A stretch of 64,000 bases of DNA from Candidatus Latescibacterota bacterium (lineage in GTDB: Bacteria; Latescibacterota; UBA2968; GCA-2709665), in the NCBI GenBank assembly GCA_965219995.1, contig CBDCOX010000002.1:1312001-1376000 (forward strand), read 5' to 3'. Position 1 is the stretch's first letter. Every line of letters starts with the position of its first letter. The translations under genes were made by a program, and so were the position numbers. Below, one piece after another: positions 26,472 to 35,173 of this stretch. The notes below the pieces were generated by a model that worked only from the letters and a program-made list of their open reading frames with translations, ran no database searches and was not told where the DNA came from.

Positions 26472-28553
26472 TCACCCGGCATGCCCCGTCAGACTCTCGA
26501 GGTCTACGGATTCGGCGCGCCTTCGCAACGCCTCGTGGCGTACCAGGTCCGGATCCCGATCCAGGAGCCGGACCGCCTCTTCACGAGCCGTCCGGACCAG
26601 GTCCACGTCCCGCGTCAGGTCGGCAAAGCGAAACTCGGGATACCCTGCCTGCCGGGTGCCGAAGATCTGTCCAGGGCCGCGGATCTTCAAGTCCGTCTCC
26701 GCGATTTCGAACCCGTCGCCGGTGGAGCCCATCGCGTCCAGCCTGGCGCGCGCGTCCGGGGTGAGCTCGCCCTCCGGGTCGGCGATCAGGATGCAGTACG
26801 AATTCGCGGCCCCGCGACCCACGCGGCCCCTGAGCTGGTGGAGCTGCGCCAGGCCGAACCGTTCCGCGTGTTCCACCATCATCACCGTCGCTCCGGGAAC
26901 GTCCACCCCCACCTCGATCACCGTTGTGGACACCAGGACATCCAGCGCGCCGTTTCGGAACGCGGCCATCACCGCCTCTTTCTCCGCGGGAGGAAGGCGG
27001 CCGTGCAGCAGCCCCAGCCTCAGCCCCGACAGGACGCCGTCCCGTAATTCCCCGAACGCCGCGGACGCGGTCCTGATGTCCCCCGCCCCGGACGCTTCGA
27101 TCACCGGAAAGACGATGTAAGCCTGCCCGCCATCCGACACCTGTTCGCGCAAAAAGCGATAGGCCCTCTCCCTGTCCGCAGCGGTCCGCCAGCCGGTCTT
27201 CACCGGTTGCCGTCCCGGGGGCAGCTCGTCAAGCACCGTCACGTCCAGATCCCCGTACAGCGTGAGCGCAAGCGAGCGGGGGATGGGCGTGGCGGTCATT
27301 ACCAGCAGGTGGGCGAGGGCCTCCTTCTCCAGCAGAGCGGCCCGCTGCAACACGCCGAACCGGTGCTGCTCGTCCACAACGGCAAGACCCAGCCTGGCGA
27401 AGACGACGTTCTCCTGCAGGAGCGCGTGGGTGCCCGCCACCAGATGAACGCGGCCCGAGGCCAGGCCTGAGAGGATTTCGCGGCGCCGTGACCGGGTCTG
27501 CCTCCCGGTGAGGCACGCCACGGAAAGCCCGAGCGGGGCCGTTAGCGCCTGGATGGTCTCGGCGTGCTGCTCGGCCAGAATCTCGGTGGGGGCCATCAGC
27601 GCCGCCTGCGCGGCGCCGTCCACCGCCGACAGCATCGCGGCCGCGGCCACCAGGGTCTTGCCCGACCCCACGTCGCCCTGCAGCAGCCGGCGCATGGGCC
27701 TGCCCCGCGCGAGGTCCGCGCCAATCTCCTGCATCGCGCGTTGCTGGGCGCAGGTGGGTTCAAAGGGCAATGTCGCCATCAATCGCGCGGTCAGGGCGCC
27801 TTCCGCGTTAAACACGGGGCCCGGCCGTTCGTTCCGGGCCGGCTGCAACCCCCTCAGGCGCAATTGGAAATAAAACAACTCATCGAATGCGAGCCTGCGC
27901 CGGGCCGCCTCCACGTCCTGCCTCCCGTCGGGAAAATGAAGCATTGCCACGGCCTCGCGGAGCGGGAGCGAACCTTGCCGGGCCCGCAGCGCGTCCCGCA
28001 AGGGGTCTTCCAGGTCCACGTCCTGCAGCGCGTCGTAGATGACGCGGCGCAACCCGCGGCTGGTGAGTCGCTCCGCCTTCATCCGCGCCGTTGTCGAATA
28101 GACGGGTATGACGCGTCCCGTATGGACCCGCGTTCTCTCTTCGCGCTCGGAAATCACCTCGACGTCGGGGTGGACCATCTGCCGTTTTCGGCCGAATCTG
28201 GTCACTTTGCCACCGACCGCCAGGAGATCGCCGGGCGCGAACGCCTGCCGGAGGTACCGGTGCCCCGCAAACCAGACGCACTCCAGCGTGCCCGATTCGT
28301 CTTCCAGCACGAGAACGAACCGGGGACGCCTGCCCGGAACCACGTTTACGCCGCGAACCGTGGCGACGGCCGTGACCTCCCCGCCCGTGCCCAGATCCGC
28401 GATGCGCGACTGCCGCGACCGGTCCACGTACCGGTACGGTAGATAGAGGAGGAGGTCCGCAAGGGTAGAGATCCCCATCTCCCGCAGCAGATCCTCCCGT
28501 TTCGCGCCGACGCCGCGTGTCGTATTGACGGGAACGTCCAGTTCGGGAAACAT
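26472..28553 (-). CDS. recG: ATP-dependent DNA helicase RecG
   Basis: RLLQGDVGSGKT, MAPTEILAEQH, DEQHRFG, MTATPIPRSL, EHAERFGLAQLHQLRGRVGRG, DLKIRGPG. Confidence 0.98.
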   Translation of the reverse strand: MFPELDVPVNTTRGVGAKREDLLREMGISTLADLLLYLPYRYVDRSRQSRIADLGTGGEVTAVATVRGVNVVPGRRPRFVLVLEDESGTLECVWFAGHRYLRQAFAPGDLLAVGGKVTRFGRKRQMVHPDVEVISEREERTRVHTGRVIPVYSTTARMKAERLTSRGLRRVIYDALQDVDLEDPLRDALRARQGSLPLREAVAMLHFPDGRQDVEAARRRLAFDELFYFQLRLRGLQPARNERPGPVFNAEGALTARLMATLPFEPTCAQQRAMQEIGADLARGRPMRRLLQGDVGSGKTLVAAAAMLSAVDGAAQAALMAPTEILAEQHAETIQALTAPLGLSVACLTGRQTRSRRREILSGLASGRVHLVAGTHALLQENVVFARLGLAVVDEQHRFGVLQRAALLEKEALAHLLVMTATPIPRSLALTLYGDLDVTVLDELPPGRQPVKTGWRTAADRERAYRFLREQVSDGGQAYIVFPVIEASGAGDIRTASAAFGELRDGVLSGLRLGLLHGRLPPAEKEAVMAAFRNGALDVLVSTTVIEVGVDVPGATVMMVEHAERFGLAQLHQLRGRVGRGAANSYCILIADPEGELTPDARARLDAMGSTGDGFEIAETDLKIRGPGQIFGTRQAGYPEFRFADLTRDVDLVRTAREEAVRLLDRDPDLVRHEALRRRAESVDLESLTGHAG

Positions 28554-28795
28554 CGAACAACCTTTCGTGACTTCGCGGGATGAATGGGACCGTGCGAATA
28601 TAGATCATCTGAAAAATCCCGTCAAGAACCCGTCGGCTTCTCCGAGGCCGGAGAACGAGCAGATCCATTTTCCTTGGTTCCGCCCGGTTCGCGCCTTATC
28701 ATGTTTGTACGTTCTCATCCGTTTCGAGTCTCAACGTCCAACAGAGGCGTGCGTTCCCTCCTGCGAATCAACCGACCGCAACGCCGAGGAGAGCA

Positions 28796-29482
28796 ATGGA
28801 TTCCGGTTCCATCCACGACGCCGCGGGTAGCGGCGACCTCGACGCGGTGAAGGAAATCATCGACGAACATCCCGAGGCGGTCGACCAGGACGACCGGCAC
28901 GGGTGGCGCCCCATATTCCACGCCGGTTTGCGCCGCCGCCTCGAGATTGTCCGATATCTGATCGACAGCGGCGCCGACCTTGCGGCTCACGACGGGTACG
29001 CAATGCACTATGCTGCCGAAGTGCCCGAAAATAAGGATGTCGTATCGTTACTGGTCACGTACGGCGGAGTGGACGCCCATACGAAACCGGCGAGCGAAGT
29101 TGCGCGCCAGCTCATCTACTCGGTCTTTCTGGCAAACGCGCCGCGCGTCGATGCCCTGCTCCACGCGAATGGGTGGCTCGCGCATGAACGGTACGCACGC
29201 GGTGACACGGCCCTGCACCACGCCTGCCGGAATGGCGACCTGAATGTTGTCATCCACCTGGTCGCTCACGGCGCCGACGTCAATGCCAGGTCGGACAACG
29301 GTCACTTTCCGCTGTACTGCGCCGCGGGACACGGACACGCGGAAACAACGCGGTACGTCCTCGAGCGCGGCGCGGACCCGGACCAGAGAATGCCGGACGG
29401 CAAAACGGTTGCCGTCTGGTTGCGACAATACGCCCACCATGACAGCCGAATGAAGGCCTGTCTGGAAATACTCGAAAGTTAA
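28796..29482 (+). CDS. Ankyrin-repeat protein
   Basis: IHDAAGSGDL, TALHHACRNG, GADVNA, PLYCAAGHG; GAGGAG SD. Confidence 0.92.
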   Translation: MDSGSIHDAAGSGDLDAVKEIIDEHPEAVDQDDRHGWRPIFHAGLRRRLEIVRYLIDSGADLAAHDGYAMHYAAEVPENKDVVSLLVTYGGVDAHTKPASEVARQLIYSVFLANAPRVDALLHANGWLAHERYARGDTALHHACRNGDLNVVIHLVAHGADVNARSDNGHFPLYCAAGHGHAETTRYVLERGADPDQRMPDGKTVAVWLRQYAHHDSRMKACLEILES

Positions 29483-30102
29483 CCAATCGGGATGGGTGCC
29501 GCGCACGTAAGCGCCCGCGTACCGCCCCGTCCGACCACACGGTACCGGTACGAAAATGCAGCGAAAAACGTCCGGGCGCGGGATGAGACATTACGCCGTG
29601 TGCGGTGGCGAATAAATTCACTTGACAAGGTTTGCGCCATTCCTTTTATTAGGGAAACGTCGGAATATATTCGTACTGCTTATCAACGCTTTTTCCCAGT
29701 ATGATCGTAATAAGCGTCATCCAGAGACGCTATCTGCTGTGGCACGGCGGCCTGTATTTCAGTTGAATTCGTTCTTGCCAGGCCCACCCTGCCGATCGCC
29801 AGTCCATTCCACGCGTGAGGGTCGAATGTAACAGATCAACACCCAAATCCCGCAGCCCGCAAGTCGGGCGTTCATTCGATAACAAGCGCAACGCGTGTTG
29901 CAACTCATCTTACGGAAGCACCCCCAAACTGATCGGAGTGACCGATTCGCGACAGTCGAAACGATGAAGTCTGAAGGTGGTTTTTTGTAGGATGTTCGTG
30001 ACGGGGAGGCATTACCCGATGCCCACGCCGCCCCGTCGGCAACCGTTGCGGCCATCATCTTGCACGGGCCGCGGCAAGTAACTTATTTTTAGGGAGGTAG
30101 AC

Positions 30103-30432
30103 ATGGCAGGTAGAGTTATCGTAGGTCTCATCGCCCTCGGCGCGATTATTGGGGGCCTGGCTGGCGACGGGTTCCTGGGAGAGGGAATCCTCGCGCTCGT
30201 GCTGGTCATCCTGGGTCTCGCCTATGCGGGCGTTGCGATCGACGCTGAGGACGCAACGGCCTACCTCGTGCTCGCACTTGCCGTCGGCGGCGCAGGGATG
30301 GCTAACGTGCTGGGTAACATCCCGGGAATCGGCGAGAAACTGGACGCAATCGTCGATCTGGCCAGCGTTTCCCTGTATGCCGGTGTGGTTACCGTGTTAG
30401 TACAGAGAACTCTGAATCGGCTGAAGGGTTAG
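30103..30432 (+). CDS. Small integral membrane protein of unknown function
   Basis: About 4 hydrophobic Gly-rich helices; strong AGGGAGGT SD; long 5' leader. Confidence 0.8.
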   Translation: MAGRVIVGLIALGAIIGGLAGDGFLGEGILALVLVILGLAYAGVAIDAEDATAYLVLALAVGGAGMANVLGNIPGIGEKLDAIVDLASVSLYAGVVTVLVQRTLNRLKG

Positions 30433-30633
30433 CAGTTCTGGCTGAACAGGCATCATTCTTCAGGCAGGCAACCGGCCTGTCCTTCGCCGGCGTTTCCAAC
30501 ATTCTATCCGCGCAGCGGAATTCGAACTCCCCCATCGAAGAGCCGCTGCACTGACGCCAGCAACGGAACGGTCGCTTTCGAACAAGAGAGAGAGATTCCT
30601 GCCTGCATGGCACGGTACCAATAGAGTTTCTGG

Positions 30634-30714
30634 ACAGGTCGCCGGATTTCCTGACCCGATTTCCGGCGACCTGTTTTTATGTACAAGACCCCCGGGGTAC
30701 CGCGGGGGTCTTGT
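30634..30714 (+). terminator. Two tandem hairpins (intrinsic terminator)
   Basis: ACAGGTCGCCGGA...TCCGGCGACCTGT followed by T-tract; ACAAGACCCCCG-8nt-CGGGGGTCTTGT. Confidence 0.65.
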
Positions 30715-30800
30715 CGTATCCCGCAGATCCGATCAAAGGCTGCATCCGGCGCATTGAAATACGTTCATCGGAGACACGGAAGATGGCGCCCGATCGTGCG

Positions 30801-32909
30801 ATGCGAACCTCCGTACTTCTGCTGGCTATGGTCTTCATCGGATGCCAGCCGGACGAAACCCTAACCGTCTCCGGCGCGGTGTCGAAACCGGGGAATTATC
30901 GATTCGCGCCGGGCAGGCAGGCCGCGGATTATGTGGCGGATGCGGGCGGCGCAACGGAAGAGGCGCTGTTGGAAAAGGCCTACGTGTTGCGTTCTCGGAC
31001 GGACACGTCCGCTGCGGTGGAAAGCGGAGACGCGACGATTCCGCTCTCCGATAATCCGGAGCTGTCACCCGGGGATGAGATACGGATTCCCGCGCGTATC
31101 TATGACGTGCGGCTGGACACCGTTCGGCGTGTGAACGACGTCAGGCTGGCCTACCGGGATCGAATCTATCGGATTCCCTCGGGCGCTCTGGTGACCGGAC
31201 GGACGGAACGCGGCGTCCAGGTTGCGGTGGTGCTGGGGCGCGGAGAGGCAATTGAGCCGCCCGATACCGCGAAGGCCGTGTCCGCCTTTCACTATCTGTA
31301 CATCCATCTGCACCCCGGCGAATACCCGCGGCTGGCGCGATTTGCCGGCGACGTGCTGGACAGCATGGACGTGCTCGATGACGCCCGCGTTATCCACACG
31401 CGGGTCGTTAGCTCCCTGGAACACCGGCGTGGAGGAGGTCTGCAGCTTGCACCCGAAGGGTATTGGCGCGTGATCGAAGGCTTTTTCCTGGCCCCGAGGA
31501 AGACATCGCGACCGGCAAGAGGCATGCGCAGGCGGCGGTTCGAGGACGGACGCGTGCTGACGACCTTTCCGGACGGACGGGAACGATGGCAGCACCCCGA
31601 CGGGCGGGTCAGGATAACGTCTCCGGGCGGCGCCACCGAAGACCGGTTTCCCGACGGAAGAATTGTGTTCACCGACCGGTGGAAGAACGTGCGCACCACG
31701 TACCCCGACGGACGGATCAACGTGACGTTTCCAAGCGGCGCCATCGAAGACCGGTTTCCCGACGGAAGAATTGTGTTCACCGACCGGCGGAAGAACGTGC
31801 GCACCACGTACCCCGACGGCCGCCAGGAATTGCGAATGGCAACGGGCAGGCGGGTGACGATTCGGGCCGACGGCACCGTGCTTCACTCCGTTCCCGCGGA
31901 CACCCGTGTGGAGGAACCTGTCCGGGACACGATCCGTGAACCCGTTGCGGCGACCCGGACCGATAGTGGCCGCCCGGCGCCCCGCGGCGAGGGAAGTCTG
32001 CGTATCATCCCGTCCAATGGATATGGGAAGATAATCGTCCTGGATGGTACGACCCGCGAGACGTTTCCCGATGGACGGCGGGTAGAGACCGACCACCTCG
32101 GCCAGAGAATCACCACGTGGCCCGACGGCAAAAAGGAACTCCGGATGCCTGCCGCTTACGGCTATCCGGGTGAGCTGAAGACGGGGCTTGCAACGGTCGA
32201 CCGGCTTCCTGATGCGGTCGACGTGGGCGAGGAACTGACGGTGACGGGACAGATCCACGGCGAAGTGGAAGGAATCAACGTCATGGCTTTCCTCGTGCCC
32301 GATGGAGATGCGATCGAAGGCGACGTTCGCAGGGCGGAACAGCGGTTTCATGCGCGGTTCCGGTTCGGCGAGGCAGGGCACTGCCGCGTTCAGGTGCAGG
32401 TTGTATTGCCCAAAGCGCGCACCTATACGGTTTCACACCAGTCTGTCATTGTCGGCAACCCCGATGTACTGGAAGACGAAGTCCTTGAAATTGTTCCCTA
32501 TCCGGGGGACGAGGCCGCGCAGCTGTTTCTGATCGATCGAATCAACGCTTCCCGGAAGCGGATTCGACGCCGTCTGATATCCCCGCATCCCGAGTTGATG
32601 CACGTGGCCCGCATCCGGCTTGAAGAGATGCTTGCACAGGGTATTGTGTCCCATTATTCCATGGCGGGACTGGACGTGGGTTGGCATACGACCTACCGGC
32701 GGTTGCCCTTCCACCGCGTGAGTGAAAATGTGGCGAGAACCCGGTTTGTCGAAACGATGCACGCCGGCTGGATGCTGAGCGCGGGGCACCGTGCGAATAT
32801 CCTGGCGAAGCACTGGACGCACGTTGGGGTGGCGGTTGCCGAGGCGGAGGAATCGGTCTGGGGCGTTCAGGTGTTCGGGCAGCGTTTCAACCGGAACCCT
32901 TTGCGGTAA
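30801..32909 (+). CDS. Lipoprotein: SLBB domain + (F/Y)PDG beta-repeats + C-terminal CAP/SCP domain
   Basis: MRTSVLLLAMVFIG-C lipobox-like signal; VSGAVSKPGNY...AGG...LSPGDEIRIP; more than 10 xPDGR repeats; IN..R, SH, ENVA, WMLSAGHRANIL. Confidence 0.8.
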   Translation: MRTSVLLLAMVFIGCQPDETLTVSGAVSKPGNYRFAPGRQAADYVADAGGATEEALLEKAYVLRSRTDTSAAVESGDATIPLSDNPELSPGDEIRIPARIYDVRLDTVRRVNDVRLAYRDRIYRIPSGALVTGRTERGVQVAVVLGRGEAIEPPDTAKAVSAFHYLYIHLHPGEYPRLARFAGDVLDSMDVLDDARVIHTRVVSSLEHRRGGGLQLAPEGYWRVIEGFFLAPRKTSRPARGMRRRRFEDGRVLTTFPDGRERWQHPDGRVRITSPGGATEDRFPDGRIVFTDRWKNVRTTYPDGRINVTFPSGAIEDRFPDGRIVFTDRRKNVRTTYPDGRQELRMATGRRVTIRADGTVLHSVPADTRVEEPVRDTIREPVAATRTDSGRPAPRGEGSLRIIPSNGYGKIIVLDGTTRETFPDGRRVETDHLGQRITTWPDGKKELRMPAAYGYPGELKTGLATVDRLPDAVDVGEELTVTGQIHGEVEGINVMAFLVPDGDAIEGDVRRAEQRFHARFRFGEAGHCRVQVQVVLPKARTYTVSHQSVIVGNPDVLEDEVLEIVPYPGDEAAQLFLIDRINASRKRIRRRLISPHPELMHVARIRLEEMLAQGIVSHYSMAGLDVGWHTTYRRLPFHRVSENVARTRFVETMHAGWMLSAGHRANILAKHWTHVGVAVAEAEESVWGVQVFGQRFNRNPLR
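31627..31819 (+). repeat. Intragenic tandem duplication, 108-bp (36-aa) period
   Basis: 31627-31711 vs 31735-31819, 83/85 identical. Confidence 0.9.
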
Positions 32910-32923
32910 ACGCCGCTGCGCGC

Positions 32924-32946
32924 CCCCTGTGCCCGGAGCACAGGGG
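32924..32946. terminator. Hairpin after the lipoprotein gene
   Basis: CCCCTGTGC-ccgga-GCACAGGGG. Confidence 0.55.
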
Positions 32947-32968
32947 AAATAAAATTGGGAAAAAGCGC

Positions 32969-32995
32969 TTGACAAAACAGACATCTGTCTGTTTT
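32969..32995 (+). promoter_or_regulatory. imuA promoter -35 with perfect palindromic operator (candidate SOS box)
   Basis: TTGACA (32969-74) overlapping AAAACAGACA-TC-TGTCTGTTTT (32974-32995). Confidence 0.6.
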
Positions 32996-33060
32996 TTTGT
33001 TTATGTGCGTTCCTTCAGGAACATGCGGAACCGTTTTCACTCCCGGGAAAGGTCGGCCAG

Positions 33061-33726
33061 GTGCAGGGCGTATCGGGCAATATCAAACGAAACCGCTTTT
33101 CAGCCTTGCAGGACGGCGGGTTGCAGCGCCTCCGGGCCGATCTGAACAGGATCAGGATCCGGACGAAAACGCCGTGCTGGTCGCTGGCGCAGTTGGCCGG
33201 GCGTCTTTGCGAACTCTCCTCCGATTCGGGAGCCGGGCTGCTCACGGCTGCCTTCGGGCTGGTGCTGGATGCGCAGTTCGGGCATGAGCCGGTGGCCTGG
33301 ATCACGGCCACGCCGGATACCTTTTTCGCCCCCGATGCAGCCGACAACGGCGTGGACCTGAATGCCCTCGTCGTCGTCCACGTGCCCGATGCCCGGTCCG
33401 CGGCGCGATCGGCGGACCGGCTCCTGAGGTCGGGCGCCTTCGGCCTGATGGTCATGGACCTGCACGCCGATCCCGCAATCCCGTTTCCGCTGCAGGCGCG
33501 CCTGGCCCATCTGGCGCGCGCCCACGAAACCGCCCTGCTCTGCCTGACCTCAAAAGCCAGGGAGACGCCTTCGTTGGGACCGATGGTCTGTCTGCGAGGG
33601 CAATCCTCCTGCCGGCGCCTGGGGATCGACCGCTTCCAGTACGACATCGAAATTCTGAAGGACAGACGTCATGGACCGGGCTGGCGCCACACCGAAATCT
33701 GCCGAGGGCCGGACGGCCTGCATTAA
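33061..33726 (+). CDS. imuA: ImuA (RecA-like mutasome accessory protein)
   Basis: [49 protein letters not shown]; first gene of the cassette. Confidence 0.85.
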   Translation: MQGVSGNIKRNRFSALQDGGLQRLRADLNRIRIRTKTPCWSLAQLAGRLCELSSDSGAGLLTAAFGLVLDAQFGHEPVAWITATPDTFFAPDAADNGVDLNALVVVHVPDARSAARSADRLLRSGAFGLMVMDLHADPAIPFPLQARLAHLARAHETALLCLTSKARETPSLGPMVCLRGQSSCRRLGIDRFQYDIEILKDRRHGPGWRHTEICRGPDGLH

Positions 33727-35173
33727 TATCCGGGCGCTTCCGCTGCAACTCCTGCTGAGGAGACACCCGGAGTGGAAGCGGAGGCCGGTCGCGGTGGTGG
33801 AAAAAGAGAATCCTCAAAGCCCCATCCTCTGGGTGAACTCAGCGGCCGGCCGGGCCGGCATCCGCACGGGAATGCGCTATGCCTCGGCCCTTTCGCTGGA
33901 CCGGGACCTGTGCGCGGGAACGGTTTCCGAGAGGGAAATCCAGGCCGCGGTGCGGCAGGTCCACCGGCTTCTGGACCGTTTCAGCCCCCGGATCGAGCCC
34001 TGCAACGACGAGCCCGGGATTTTCTGGGTCGACGCCAGCGGGCTCGACAAACTCCATGCTTCTCTCGAAGACTGGGCCATGCAGATCGACACCCGCCTCT
34101 CCCGGCTGGCGTTAAAGGCCAGTATCGTCGTCGGGTTCAGCCGTTTCGGCAGCTATGCCATCGCCAGGTCGGTGAGCCGGGTGACCGTGCTCCCTTCCCA
34201 CGAAATCGAGCAGGCGGAAAGCCGAATGGTGCGGCTGCTGCATCTGCAAATCGACCCGAAGCTGCGCGACCGGCTCGAAAAACTGGCGGTTCACACCGTG
34301 AGCGATTTCCTGGCGCTTCCCTCGGGCGGCATCGCGCATCGCCTCGGCGAGCAGGCCTGGAGCCTCTACCGTTTTGCGTCGGGAACGCTGTCGCTGCCGA
34401 TTCAATCCCGGAAGATCCCCGAGCCCCTCCGCGTCCGGATAGACCTGGACGAGCCCGAATCCAATGCCCAAAGACTCCTTTTCTGGATCCGGCGGCGGCT
34501 GGATCCCCTGTTGCGAGCCACGGCGGCAAGGTGCCAGGCGGTGACGGCCCTGCACCTGCACCTGCTGCTGGAAGACGGAGACCGTCATCGCCAGCGCATC
34601 CAGCCGGCAAGGCCGACCCTGGAGGCGCCGGTCCTGCTGGACCTGCTCGGTTTGCACCTGGAAACGGTCTCTTTCCGCGCGCCTCCGGTGGAATTGGCCC
34701 TGGAGGCGGAGGGCGTGTACGTCTCCGCCGAAACCCTGGACCTGCTGCAGCAGAATCCACGCCGCAATCTCGAGGCGGCCCTGGATGCGCTGGCCCGTGT
34801 CCGCGCCGAGTTCGGCCCCGATTCCGTGCTGTCGGCACGGCTCAAGCCGGGGCACCTGCCGGAAGCCCGTTTCGAGTGGCAGCCCTTCAGGAAGCTTGCC
34901 GCAGCCAGTCCCCGGCCGGTCCCCGTGCGTCCCCTGGTGCGGCGCGTCCAGGCCTGCCCCGGACTCCTGGAAGGGGCTTCCCTTTCCCTTGCGAAAAACC
35001 GGAAGCCGCCGTCGGGCGCGGAGTACTCGCCGGGACACACCATCAGTGGAGGATGGTGGCGCCGGGAGATCCGGAGAGACTACCGGTTCATCAACACCCA
35101 CCGGGGGGAACGCCTCTGGATCTATTACGACCAGCAGGCGCGCCGCTGGTACGCCCAGGGCCGCGTCGAATGA
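33671..35173 (+). CDS. imuB: ImuB (inactive Y-family polymerase)
   Basis: [26 protein letters not shown]; C-terminal SGGWW..EIRRDY...[14 protein letters not shown]. Confidence 0.9.
   Translation: MDRAGATPKSAEGRTACINIRALPLQLLLRRHPEWKRRPVAVVEKENPQSPILWVNSAAGRAGIRTGMRYASALSLDRDLCAGTVSEREIQAAVRQVHRLLDRFSPRIEPCNDEPGIFWVDASGLDKLHASLEDWAMQIDTRLSRLALKASIVVGFSRFGSYAIARSVSRVTVLPSHEIEQAESRMVRLLHLQIDPKLRDRLEKLAVHTVSDFLALPSGGIAHRLGEQAWSLYRFASGTLSLPIQSRKIPEPLRVRIDLDEPESNAQRLLFWIRRRLDPLLRATAARCQAVTALHLHLLLEDGDRHRQRIQPARPTLEAPVLLDLLGLHLETVSFRAPPVELALEAEGVYVSAETLDLLQQNPRRNLEAALDALARVRAEFGPDSVLSARLKPGHLPEARFEWQPFRKLAAASPRPVPVRPLVRRVQACPGLLEGASLSLAKNRKPPSGAEYSPGHTISGGWWRREIRRDYRFINTHRGERLWIYYDQQARRWYAQGRVE

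Noticed and set aside
30505-30540. tRNA-like GTTCGAAT on the minus strand
   Set aside because: The T-stem does not pair and no cloverleaf or CCA end can be built.
31627-31819. Possible CRISPR or DGR template/variable repeat pair
   Set aside because: Only two in-frame intragenic copies; no cas or reverse transcriptase gene in the window.
33772-35169. 1501-aa ORF suggesting a giant N-terminally extended DnaE2
   Set aside because: The extension is an alternate frame of imuB (G/P/R-rich); the real start is the ATGA overlap at 35170.
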